This document shows positions 21,052 to 30,457 of a stretch of DNA of 64,000 bases, piece after piece. The position numbers and the translations under genes are program-made. The notes below the pieces were generated by a model. The model did no database searches. It had not been told where the DNA came from and was given only the letters and a program-made list of their open reading frames with translations. Location of the stretch: contig JACAFE010000032.1 of assembly GCA_013388435.1 (NCBI GenBank), positions 6,851 to 70,850 on the forward strand, in the 5' to 3' direction. Each line of letters starts with the position of its first letter. Positions within the stretch are counted from its first letter, which is position 1. This DNA is from Nitrospirota bacterium. Its GTDB lineage: Bacteria > Nitrospirota > Thermodesulfovibrionia > Thermodesulfovibrionales > SM23-35.

Positions 21052-21779
21052 TCTGCACACCTCCTGTAGCCGTGCTTTTTTATTTCTGACAGGATATCTC
21101 TCGGGTTGCCTCTGCAAAGAAGTTTTCCATCGAAAACAATATATCCCTTATCAGCATTAACGAAATCAAGAATATATCCCGTATGAGTAATAATTATTGC
21201 ACTGCGTTTTTTATCTTTCACTTTGTCTTTGCCTAACAATGAATTTATTGCTTCACCAACCAATGCTATATTTTCTATATCAACACCTGACTCTGGTTCA
21301 TCTATCAGCACAAGATCAGGTCTCTGCACCATTAACTGAAGCAATTCAGAGCGCTTCATTTCACCCCCGGAAAAGCCATCATTCAAACCTCTTTGCATAT
21401 GTCGGGAAAGATTTAATTTCTCAATTATGGAATCAAGATATTCTTTGCTCCGACCATTTGTATTAATAATTCCTATTAATTTTTCGAGGCTTACACCTTT
21501 AACCGTAGGCGGTCTTTGAAAAGATATTCCGAGCCCAAGTCTTGCTCTCTCATATAAATCAAGATGTGTTATATCCTCACCTTTAAAATATATTTTTCCC
21601 TGTTCAACCCTATATTTTGGGAAGCCCATTAATGTCATCATCAAAGTTGTTTTGCCAGCACCGTTTGGACCGAAAAGCACATTTATTTCTCCGTAGTTCA
21701 TCGAAAAATAAACGCCTTTCAATACCTGACGCTCTCCTATTGAAACCCAGAGGTCTTCGGTTCTTAACATTTCTTCCAT
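21042..21779 (-). CDS. sufC: SufC-family ABC ATPase (SmsC-like)
   Basis: GPNGAGKT, GFSGGEMKRSE, DEPESGVD, ITHTG; C-terminal C-x18-C-x2-C. Confidence 0.9.
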   Translation of the reverse strand: MEEMLRTEDLWVSIGERQVLKGVYFSMNYGEINVLFGPNGAGKTTLMMTLMGFPKYRVEQGKIYFKGEDITHLDLYERARLGLGISFQRPPTVKGVSLEKLIGIINTNGRSKEYLDSIIEKLNLSRHMQRGLNDGFSGGEMKRSELLQLMVQRPDLVLIDEPESGVDIENIALVGEAINSLLGKDKVKDKKRSAIIITHTGYILDFVNADKGYIVFDGKLLCRGNPRDILSEIKKHGYRRCAECR

Positions 21780-21825
21780 CCTAAACTTCCTCCTTTCAAA
21801 ACAACACTTATTGCCAAAACTTAAT

Positions 21826-21862
21826 CGCAGAGAACACAGGGAAAAACTCTGTGCCCTCTGTG
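21826..21862. repeat. REP-like cacagag/ctctgtg palindrome
   Basis: cgcagagaacacaggg-aaaaa-ctctgtgccctctgtg. Confidence 0.55.
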
Positions 21863-22189
21863 TCTCATATTCTTTCCTCTTTTTATTAAACTATTGTCAT
21901 TACCATAAAACAGGGAAGATTATTTTTATCCTTGCAATATTGTTAAATGACAAATTGCTTTATTAACGTGTTGTTTTTAGTATATAATTAAATTAACCTT
22001 TTTATAAAGAAAATAATTTATAAATTAATCTGGTCTTTCTTGTCGGGCTATTGACAAATTATTTAATATTTTAGTATTTTATGAAAAGAACATTCTACTT
22101 TAAATAAATGTATAAACCTTCCTGGATAGGCAAAGTCCTACCGGGTTACAAAACCACCAGAATATAAATCCAATAGGAGTTAATTAATT

Positions 22190-23476
22190 ATGGATAATCC
22201 AAAGAAAAACATTATGACAGAAAACATGCCTATTTCTGCACTCAAGGAAAAAACAATTGACGAATTGACAGAAGTTGCCCGTGAACTAAATGTCGAGGGC
22301 GCAAGCAGCATGCGCAAGCAGGACCTTATATTTGCGATATTACAAGCTCAAACAGAAAAAACAGGATATGTGTTTTCAGAAGGAGTGCTTGAAATTCTGC
22401 CTGATGGGTTTGGTTTCCTGAGGTCTCCTGACTATAGTTATTTACCGGGACCAGATGATATATATGTTTCACCATCACAGATAAGAAGATTTAATCTCAG
22501 GACAGGAGATCTTGTCTCGGGTCAGATAAGGCCGCCGAAAGAAAGCGAGCGTTATTTTGCTTTACTCAAAGTTGAAGCAATAAACCATGAATCTCCTGAT
22601 GAAAACATAAAGAGACCCTTGTTTGACAATCTGATTCCTTATTATCCCACCGAAAAAATAAAGCTTGATTATGATCCGAATGATTACTGCACAAGAGTTA
22701 TGGATTTAATTACTCCAATAGGCATGGGACAAAGAGGCATGATAGTTGCTGCTCCAAGAACAGGTAAAACAATGCTTCTGCAATCTATAGCAAAAGCGAT
22801 AAAGAAAAATCACCGCGATATTCATTTGATAATACTCCTGATCGATGAAAGACCCGAGGAAGTTACTGACTGGAAGAGGCAGGTGCCTACTGCTGAAATT
22901 ATCAGTTCTACATTTGATGAGCCACCCCAGCGTCATTGCCAGGTCTCTGAAATGGTTGTTGAAAGAGCAAAACGCCTTGTAGAATGCAAAAGGAATGTGG
23001 TGATACTTCTTGACAGTATAACAAGACTGGCGAGAGCATATAACTCAGTTATTCCAGCAAGCGGAAAAGTACTGTCAGGAGGTCTTGATTCCAATGCATT
23101 GCAGAGACCCAAGAGGTTTTTTGGTACAGCAAGAAATATCGAAGATGGAGGCAGCCTTACAATTCTTGCTACAGCGCTTGTTGATACTGGAAGCAGAATG
23201 GATGACGTTATCTTTGAAGAATTCAAAGGCACGGGCAATATGGAATTGCATCTTGACAGAAAGCTCGTTGACAAGAGAATATTCCCGAGCATTGATATTA
23301 ATGCATCTGGAACACGTAAAGAAGAACTGCTTGTTGATAAAGATGTTCTTAATAAGATGTGGATTCTCAGAAAAGTTCTAACGCCTCTAAGCACTGTTGA
23401 AAGCATGGAGTTTTTACTTGGGAAGCTTATGGGAACGAAAAATAATAAAGAATTCCTCGAAAAAATGAATAAATAA
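22190..23476 (+). CDS. rho: Transcription termination factor Rho
   Basis: [43 protein letters not shown]. Confidence 0.98.
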   Translation: MDNPKKNIMTENMPISALKEKTIDELTEVARELNVEGASSMRKQDLIFAILQAQTEKTGYVFSEGVLEILPDGFGFLRSPDYSYLPGPDDIYVSPSQIRRFNLRTGDLVSGQIRPPKESERYFALLKVEAINHESPDENIKRPLFDNLIPYYPTEKIKLDYDPNDYCTRVMDLITPIGMGQRGMIVAAPRTGKTMLLQSIAKAIKKNHRDIHLIILLIDERPEEVTDWKRQVPTAEIISSTFDEPPQRHCQVSEMVVERAKRLVECKRNVVILLDSITRLARAYNSVIPASGKVLSGGLDSNALQRPKRFFGTARNIEDGGSLTILATALVDTGSRMDDVIFEEFKGTGNMELHLDRKLVDKRIFPSIDINASGTRKEELLVDKDVLNKMWILRKVLTPLSTVESMEFLLGKLMGTKNNKEFLEKMNK

Positions 23477-23515
23477 ATTTTTGAGCAATGTCTGCATTAA
23501 TTGTGTCAATCTAAA

Positions 23516-23920
23516 ATGACCTCGAAAAATATTATTCTTGAAGATGACTATCATTGTTTCATTTGCGGAAAAAACAATCCTTTCGGGCTGCAGCTTGAAT
23601 TTTCATTTCATAACGGAAAAGTTATAAGTGAATTTGTTTTAAAAAAAGCGCATCAGGGTTATAAGGATATAATTCATGGCGGTATCATATCTGCAATTCT
23701 TGATGAGGCAATGGTCAAAACAGCTTTATTGCAAAATATGCCTGCTGTCACTGCTGAGATCACTATTAGATTCCGTAATCCTTTAATGGTCGATGAACAT
23801 GCTTTGGTTGAGGCATTTATAGAAAAAAACAAAAAGAAAATAATCGAGACGCGTTCAGAAATAAGAAAAACCGACAACACAATTATTGCAGAAGGTTATG
23901 CAAAATTAATCAGGGTTTGA
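23516..23920 (+). CDS. PaaI/hotdog-fold thioesterase
   Basis: CFICGKNNPFGLQL, HQGYKDIIHGGIISAILDEAM. Confidence 0.9.
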   Translation: MTSKNIILEDDYHCFICGKNNPFGLQLEFSFHNGKVISEFVLKKAHQGYKDIIHGGIISAILDEAMVKTALLQNMPAVTAEITIRFRNPLMVDEHALVEAFIEKNKKKIIETRSEIRKTDNTIIAEGYAKLIRV

Positions 23921-24559
23921 AAGCTGTAAAACAATTATATTTCTTTTAATATCAGTCAAAGGTAAAGAAACAGTTATAATTTTACTCTTTATATTCTTAA
24001 GTTCTTTAATTTCTTCCTTAAATTTTGGCCCTTTGTTTAGAACCAGCAAGCCATTTTTTTTGATTATATGGGAGGTCTTCTTTAAAAAATCTTCAGTGCT
24101 GAACAAAGCTCTTGTAACAGCAACATCAACATGCTGTTCTATATCATAATTGACTCTTACTTTCTCGATTCGATTTTGTATTACACTTATGTCTTTAAGT
24201 CTGAGTTCCCATATAACATGTTTCAGAAAAACTGTTTTTTTAACAGAGGGTTCTATTAAAAACATCTTTATTTCGGGTCTTAAAAGCTTTATTGGTATTC
24301 CGGGGAGCCCTGCACCGCTACCAATATCAGCAACCTTAATTTCTTCTTGGGGGAGTGCTTTAAGATAAAGTAATGAATCAAGGAAATGTTTAATAATTAT
24401 CTCTCTGTCGTCTAATATTGCAGTAAGATTATATGTTTTATTCCATTTTTTAAGTTCGCCAAGATAAAAAATAAAATTCTGTATCTGTTCCCCGGACAGA
24501 GAAAAATTTAATTCTGAAACTCCCTTTTTTAAAAGTTCAACAACATTTTCTTTAAACAT
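23906..24559 (-). CDS. rsmG: 16S rRNA m7G527 methyltransferase
   Basis: WNKTYNLTA, HFLDSL, DIGSGAGLPG, TRA. Confidence 0.95.
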   Translation of the reverse strand: MFKENVVELLKKGVSELNFSLSGEQIQNFIFYLGELKKWNKTYNLTAILDDREIIIKHFLDSLLYLKALPQEEIKVADIGSGAGLPGIPIKLLRPEIKMFLIEPSVKKTVFLKHVIWELRLKDISVIQNRIEKVRVNYDIEQHVDVAVTRALFSTEDFLKKTSHIIKKNGLLVLNKGPKFKEEIKELKNIKSKIITVSLPLTDIKRNIIVLQLSNPD

Positions 24560-24584
24560 TCATTATATATGATTCTGTATTAAA

Positions 24585-25208
24585 CTACTTGCCTTTCATT
24601 GATTCCTTGCCTTTTCTTTTATCCCATCTTCCAGTAATTGTATTAATGACAGACAGGAACATTAATTTTATATCAAGCCATAAAGACATTTTCTCTATAT
24701 ATTCAAGATCATATTTTATTTTCAAAACCGGATCATCCTCTGGATTATAGACCTGCGCCAGTCCTGTAAGTCCTGGTCTTACACGCAGTCTTTTTGCAAA
24801 ATCAGGAATTTTGGTTTCGAGAATCTTTTGTTCATCTATTGCAAGAGCTCTTGGCCCAACAAAGCTCATATCACCCCTGAAAATACTCAATAGACTCGGC
24901 AATTCATCAAGTGCTGTTTTCCTTAAAATTTTTCCAACTTTTGTAAGTCTCGGATCATCTTCCATTGTCCATGAAGGTCCTATTTTATCAGCTTCCTTGA
25001 CCATTGTCCGAAACTTATATACAAAAAATTCTTTTCTGCCCATCCCAGCCCTTTTCTGTCCATAAAAAATAGGGAAGCCATCTTCAAGAAAAATCAAGAG
25101 CGGAATAATTATCCAGAGGACAATCCAGAGAGGAAATAAAATCACATGCGCTAAAATCAGAATGCTAAGATCAAATATACGTTTATATAAAGGAGATTTC
25201 AATTCCAT
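24585..25208 (-). CDS. Bacterial sugar transferase (polyprenyl-phosphate glycosylphosphotransferase)
   Basis: KRIFDL, YKFRTM, DPRLTKVGKILRKTALDELP, GDMSFVGPR, RPGLTGLAQV; track start lies inside the tRNA, so moved to ATG 25208. Confidence 0.92.
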   Translation of the reverse strand: MELKSPLYKRIFDLSILILAHVILFPLWIVLWIIIPLLIFLEDGFPIFYGQKRAGMGRKEFFVYKFRTMVKEADKIGPSWTMEDDPRLTKVGKILRKTALDELPSLLSIFRGDMSFVGPRALAIDEQKILETKIPDFAKRLRVRPGLTGLAQVYNPEDDPVLKIKYDLEYIEKMSLWLDIKLMFLSVINTITGRWDKRKGKESMKGK

Positions 25209-25213
25209 ATTTT

Positions 25214-25300
25214 TGGTGCCGGTGGTGGGAGTCGAACCCACACGGAGTTGCCCCCACCGGATTTTGAGTCCGGCGCGTCTGCCAATTCCACCACACCGGC
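25214..25300 (-). tRNA. tRNA-Leu (CAA)
   Basis: gccggtg acceptor stem; ccgga-ctCAAaa-tccgg anticodon arm; long variable arm; ggttcgactcc; CCA end. Confidence 0.96.
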
Positions 25301-25509
25301 TAACAAATGATTTTAAAGGATTTCCAGACTTTTGGTCAAATAGCTTCTATAACATGTAATTGCATTTTTTGGCTTAAGCTGTTTTTAGTTCACCTTTTAA
25401 AAATTCTCCTGTTTTTTATCCAAATGTATTGTAATTATCAAAATCACATGGAAAGTATTGTTTAAAGAGATTAAAACTTAATATCATCCCAATTAACCTC
25501 AACATTTTT

Positions 25510-26400
25510 ATGGGTTCTTATCCTTACCCGAGAAATGGGATTCTAAAATTGGATTACGAATTCATCTTAATTTTTAAGAAATATGGGAATCCCCTCAAGG
25601 TTACCAAAGAAATTAAAGATCAATCAAAATTAACAGATGAGGAATGGAATCAATATTTTACAGGACATTGGAACTTCCCAGGAGAAAAACAAGATAAACA
25701 CCTTGCGATGTTTCCTGAAGAGTTGCCAAAACGGCTTATCAAGATGTTCAGTTTTGTTGGTGATACGGTCCTTGACCCATTTATTGGAAGTGGCACAACC
25801 TCTTTAGCCGCAAAAAATCTTAATAGAAATTCTATTGGCTACGAGATAAACGGGGATTTCTTACCAGTTATAAAAGAGAAGCTTGGAATTAAACAGGGCA
25901 GTATCTTTCAGGATGTAACTTTTGAAATTATTAAGCAAGAAGAATTAAAAATAGATTTTAAAGAAGAGATAAAAAAATTGCCATATATTTTTAAAGACCC
26001 TATAAAATTTGATAAGAAAATTGACCCAAAGAGATTGAGATTTGGTTCCAAAATAGATAACCTCAACTATGAAAAGGGAAAATATCACAAAGTAAAAGAA
26101 ATATTATCTCCGGAATTCATAGTCATAGATAACGGGTTAAAAATAAGACTGATTGGGGTAAAACCAAAACCAGAGAAGAATGGTGAAGCAGTTCAATTTT
26201 TGAAAGAGAAACTGAAAGGGCAAGGGGTATTTTTAAAGTTTGACAATGTAAAATACGATGAGAAAAACCACTTGCTTTGCTATCTTTATTTATGGAACAA
26301 AACTTTCATAAATGCCCATTTGATTAAAAATGATTTGGTAGATGTGGATACTTCTTTTGATTATAAATATAAGGTTAGATTTTTAAGCTTAATCAAATAG
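25510..26400 (+). pseudogene. 5'-truncated beta-class N4/N6 DNA methyltransferase fused to an SNase-like C-terminal domain
   Basis: HLAMFPEELPKRLI, VLDPFIGSGTT present; motif IV (S/DPPY) absent; C-terminal KIRLIGV..LLCYLYL..FINAHLIK. Confidence 0.75.
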
Positions 26401-26407
26401 GTTTACT

Positions 26408-26991
26408 ATGAAAGTAAAAATCACTATTGAGGAAATCAGAAAATATCTGGATATTGAAACGCCAGAATTTCCTAAGTATGTGGCACCGCTTATCAATTTA
26501 GCAAATCAGTATGCACAGGGAACAAGACCAAAAGTAGTGGGTCAAATGAGCGAGCTTATTAAGGAATTTGAGGGGAAAACATTAACTGAGTGGGAAGAGT
26601 GGTACTTGAAGAAAAACCCGATGCAATAAGGAATGCCACAGAAAAGATATTACTGAAACTGAAAGAACTTAAAAATGCCTTAAATAAAATTAATCGGGCA
26701 ACTGTTGAACAATGGGTAAGAGATTTAGTAATTGTGAAAACCTATGCTGGGCTAAGATTTCAAGAAGCAATCTTGAAGAAAGGTGCAGAAATTAAAGGAA
26801 CAAATTATAGACTCGCCGAGCCAGATGAAGAATCAAAAGGAATAGATGGTTACATTGGAGACATTCCAGTATCTATAAAGCCACATACCTATGAACTGAA
26901 ATCCGCATTACCAGAGCACATAGAGAATAAAATTGTCTATTATAGAAAGATTGATGATGGAATCGAGGTTGATTATGGAGAGATTTTGTAA
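26408..26991 (+). pseudogene. MjaI-family type II restriction endonuclease, split by a frameshift at A5 (26612-26616)
   Basis: ANQYAQGTRPKVVGQMSELI..EWEEWY in one frame; PDAIRNAT..EESKGIDGYIGDIPVSIKP in the -1 frame. Confidence 0.8.
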
Positions 26992-27268
26992 TTAGCCACC
27001 TTATCTCCAAAAGGTTCGTGACTTATAGCACTCAACCAAATCCCGACTTCGTCGAGAATTTTTTATGCTAGGAACGTTAGCTGAACAAATAACTATTAAC
27101 AGATAACGAATATAAAATGGCACACTAAAGTATCGAAAAATTTTTTACAACATATGAATTATTTCAATAGAATTTTGGGGTTTAAACGGTTTACATTATT
27201 CTGGATAACCAGTTGATATTAACTTTTATGCTATTTCAGGATTGTTCAGGTTATTCGAGAAATTGAAT

Positions 27269-27349
<81 letters not shown>

Positions 27350-27357
27350 ATTTGTAA

Positions 27358-28071
27358 TTAATATTTAAGTATTTCAAGATAATCTGAAATATCTTTTTCT
27401 TCGAGCCCTTGCGCTCTTATTTTCCTCTCAAGAAGATCATCTGTTGCCTTTTGTTTGTTGCCCTGATATAGAGGGTCAAACTCAATTGCTTTAGTAATTG
27501 CTATTGAGGCTTCACCATACTGAGCTTTTGCATTATAGGCAAGAGCCAGTCCATAATAAGGCAAGTGAAAGGTAGAAAACCTTTTTATTGATTCCTTGAA
27601 AGAATCAAGGGCATCATCATATCTTCCAAGTCTATAATATACCATACCGAGATTATTTAATGCCATAGCAGCATTTTTATATTGAGGATTTAATATTGCT
27701 TTTTTATACGCATCTATTGCTTCGCTGTATTTACCGAGTTTTGCATATGCATTGCCGAGATTATTTGAAGCTTCAGAGAAGCTTTTATCTATATCAAGAG
27801 CTTCTTGAAAGTGTTCAATTGCCTTTGGATAATTTTCAAGTTTTACAAGATAAATTACGCCTAATGCATTGTGAATATCCTTATTGTATTTATTGAATTG
27901 TAGCGCTTTCTGAAATTCAACAAAAGCAGGTTGTATATTATTGTCATTCAGATACGAAACTCCTATCTGGTAATGGTAATTTGCTTTTTGCGCTGCTTCC
28001 TCAGATACAGTGCCTGCACATGAAGAAAGAAGAAATATAACCAATATTAAAAATAAATTGTTTTTTCTCAT
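27358..28071 (-). CDS. TPR lipoprotein, PilW/PilF/Tgl-like
   Basis: Lipobox LSSC; repeated TPRs; AILNPQY..ALNNLG. Confidence 0.7.
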   Translation of the reverse strand: MRKNNLFLILVIFLLSSCAGTVSEEAAQKANYHYQIGVSYLNDNNIQPAFVEFQKALQFNKYNKDIHNALGVIYLVKLENYPKAIEHFQEALDIDKSFSEASNNLGNAYAKLGKYSEAIDAYKKAILNPQYKNAAMALNNLGMVYYRLGRYDDALDSFKESIKRFSTFHLPYYGLALAYNAKAQYGEASIAITKAIEFDPLYQGNKQKATDDLLERKIRAQGLEEKDISDYLEILKY

Positions 28072-28152
28072 ATTTTTTGCCCTTTCTTTTAGACCTTATT
28101 TTAACAGAAAAACAATAATACAAAAATATACATTAATTAATTTTAAATTGTT

Positions 28153-28200
28153 TTGACAAAAAATAAAAATAAATTTTATAATTGTTTCAAATTGTTTCAA
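28153..28200 (+). promoter_or_regulatory. sigma70 promoter with overlapping tandem direct repeat (candidate operator)
   Basis: TTGACA (28153)-18 bp-TATAAT (28177); ATTGTTTCAA twice (28181-28200). Confidence 0.7.
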
Positions 28201-28210
28201 AAGGTTTAGA

Positions 28211-29691
28211 ATGCTTACAGAAAAAGAAATTTTAAGTGAATTAAAAATTTCAAGAACAACTTTGTGGCGTTTGAAAAAAAAGGGTTGCCATGTATAAAAG
28301 TAGGCTCTTCTTATCGTTATAATAAGTCTGATGTATTAGAGTGGGTATCAAATAATCAAGCTGATGAGTATTTACTTGATTATTTTGAAACACAACAAAT
28401 ATCAGAGAACCTTGAAATACAATTTTCATATCCAATAAATAATCAAGTAAAAAATACTTCTCCTTCCCAAAAAATAAAAAACAATTATCAAATAACAATT
28501 CCATATCTTTTAAGACATAATAAAGAGTATTTAGATAAATTACTTACCCAACACGAACTTCATGAATTACAAACACTACTTTCTAAATATAGTAAAGATA
28601 TTCAGAATGAAGAAGCAGTAAGAATATTTTCTGACTCTTATTGTGCCATTCTTAAAAAAAGATACCAATCTGAATATGAATATGATATTAAATTTGATAA
28701 ATTTTTAAACAATAGTAACAACTTGAAAATAATATGGGGAGATTGCTATAAAGCTCTTAAAAAGATGAAATCAGAATCAATACACCTTATGGTCACTTCA
28801 CCGCCTTATTATAATGCGAGGGAATATTCGAAATGGGAAAATCTAAATAATTATCTCGAAGATATGAGATTGATTATTAGGGAATCATATCGTGTTTTGG
28901 ACAACCATAGAGTTTGGGTATTTAATGTTGGAGATGTATTCGATAATGACAATCTTAAGACAAAGTCAGTTTGGGGTAAAAGAAGACTACCATTAGGTTC
29001 TTATTTCATAAAAATATTTGAAGAAGAAGGTTTTGAATTTGTAGATGACATTATATGGGATAAAGGCGAAGTTGAAAGCCAAAGACATAAAAACGGAGGG
29101 GTAAATTATCCATTTTATCAATATCCTATAAACTGTTATGAACATATCTTAATTTTTCATAAACATAGATTAGACATAAATAAGATACCCTGTCCTATTT
29201 GTGGTTCTCTAAATGTTAATGGTAATACTCAATCAGAAATCGGGGTGCAAAGCTGGGAATGTAAAAACGATAAATGCTTAGAAAGAAGTCCTCATAATAG
29301 AGGTAAAAGATTTTCTTTAAGATCAAATATGATGCAGGATATTTTTAAAAGAAAAACAGAAAATATTATTGATGAATTTACATTATTTAAATGGAGAAGG
29401 GATATTGTAAAATTTCCACCTGTAATTAAAATTGATCAAAATGGTAATAACAGACTTGGAAATTCTGCACCATTTCCTAAAGATATACCTGAAATGGCAA
29501 TAAAGTTTTTTTCTTACGATGGGGAAAAGGTTCTTGATCCATTTGCTGGAAGTTTTACAACAGCAATTGTTGCTAAAAAACTAGGGCGTATTGGTATCGG
29601 TATAGAAATAAATAAAAATTTTGAGTCTGTTATTAAAAACCATATCATTACGGAATTAAACGGGATAATATTAGAAGAATATTTTGTTTAG
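28211..29691 (+). CDS. Beta-class N4/N6 DNA methyltransferase with N-terminal excisionase/MerR-like HTH; frameshift at A8 (28274-28281)
   Basis: MLTEKEILSELKISRTTLWRLKK then -1 frame GLPCIKVGSSYRYNKSDVLEW; VTSPPYYN, CPIC..C..C insert, APFP, VLDPFAGSFTT. Confidence 0.85.
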
Positions 29692-30161
29692 TCCTTAGAT
29701 AATTTCTTATCTAATATTCTGAAACGATCAATGACTTGCAATTTATCATATAATTCTTTTAATGTCTTAATATTTCCAGATTGTTTTACTCTCTCTATTT
29801 CATCCCAAAGTTTGTTAGAAGCAACTTCCTCAATTTCACCATTTTTGCATGATGGACATTTTGATATTTGGGAAGATACCTCTTTTCTTAAAAATAATTT
29901 TCCACAGTTTAAACATCTTTTACTTTTTAAAAATTTGCTCTTAATAATAACTTTATTGTAAAGATCACATTTTATGTTTGTGCAAGTAACCATATGTGTT
30001 GTATCCCAAAAAGCATTACATTTTTCGCAAATAAATTATAATGCCACAATATCTATTCTTTCATAATATGGAGGGAAAAAGACAATCTACCCTCTTTTAG
30101 AAAGTTCAAAGCCAACCATATGTTCTCCAATTTTCCCAAATTGCCCTTCTTTCATTTCCAT
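29688..30161 (-). pseudogene. Zn-finger-containing PD-(D/E)XK endonuclease pseudogene with two in-frame stops
   Basis: MEMKEGQFGKIGEHMVGFELSKRG*IVFFPPYYERIDIVAL*FICEKC..CTNIKC..CLNC..CPSC; TAG 30087-89, TAA 30036-38. Confidence 0.7.
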
Positions 30162-30457
30162 AATTATTAATTAAAAAATAAAACGAGTCAAAATATTTTA
30201 TTTATAAGTTATACAGAAAATAAAAATATTCACAAGCAATCAAGCTTACAAACTATAAGCAAAGAGCAAGAGCATACAAATTTATAACTCTTTATAGATT
30301 GAAAAGCTAACAAGTTATTTAGGACAAAAAATCTTAGATGTCGCTATAAAATTATTACTCGCTCTTTAGACTTGTTTAAGCTGTTCGAACGGATTAAATA
30401 ATCTGACAGTTTACAGTTTCACTTTTTATTTTTAATAATGAGAGAGTGACATCTGCA

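Noticed and set aside
22119..22148. Hairpin containing ggcaaa upstream of rho as a c-di-GMP-I riboswitch
   Set aside because: Lacks the GNRA stem and second gcaaa element; likely an ordinary rho leader hairpin
25162..25359. 65-aa ORF containing VGVEPT
   Set aside because: Antisense translation of tRNA-Leu
25373..25508. Minus-strand fragments (KNVEVNWDDIKF*, VILIITIHLDKK) resembling a decayed addiction module
   Set aside because: Too short and broken to support without a search
27118..27135. TGGCAC as a second sigma54 promoter
   Set aside because: No GC at the -12 position
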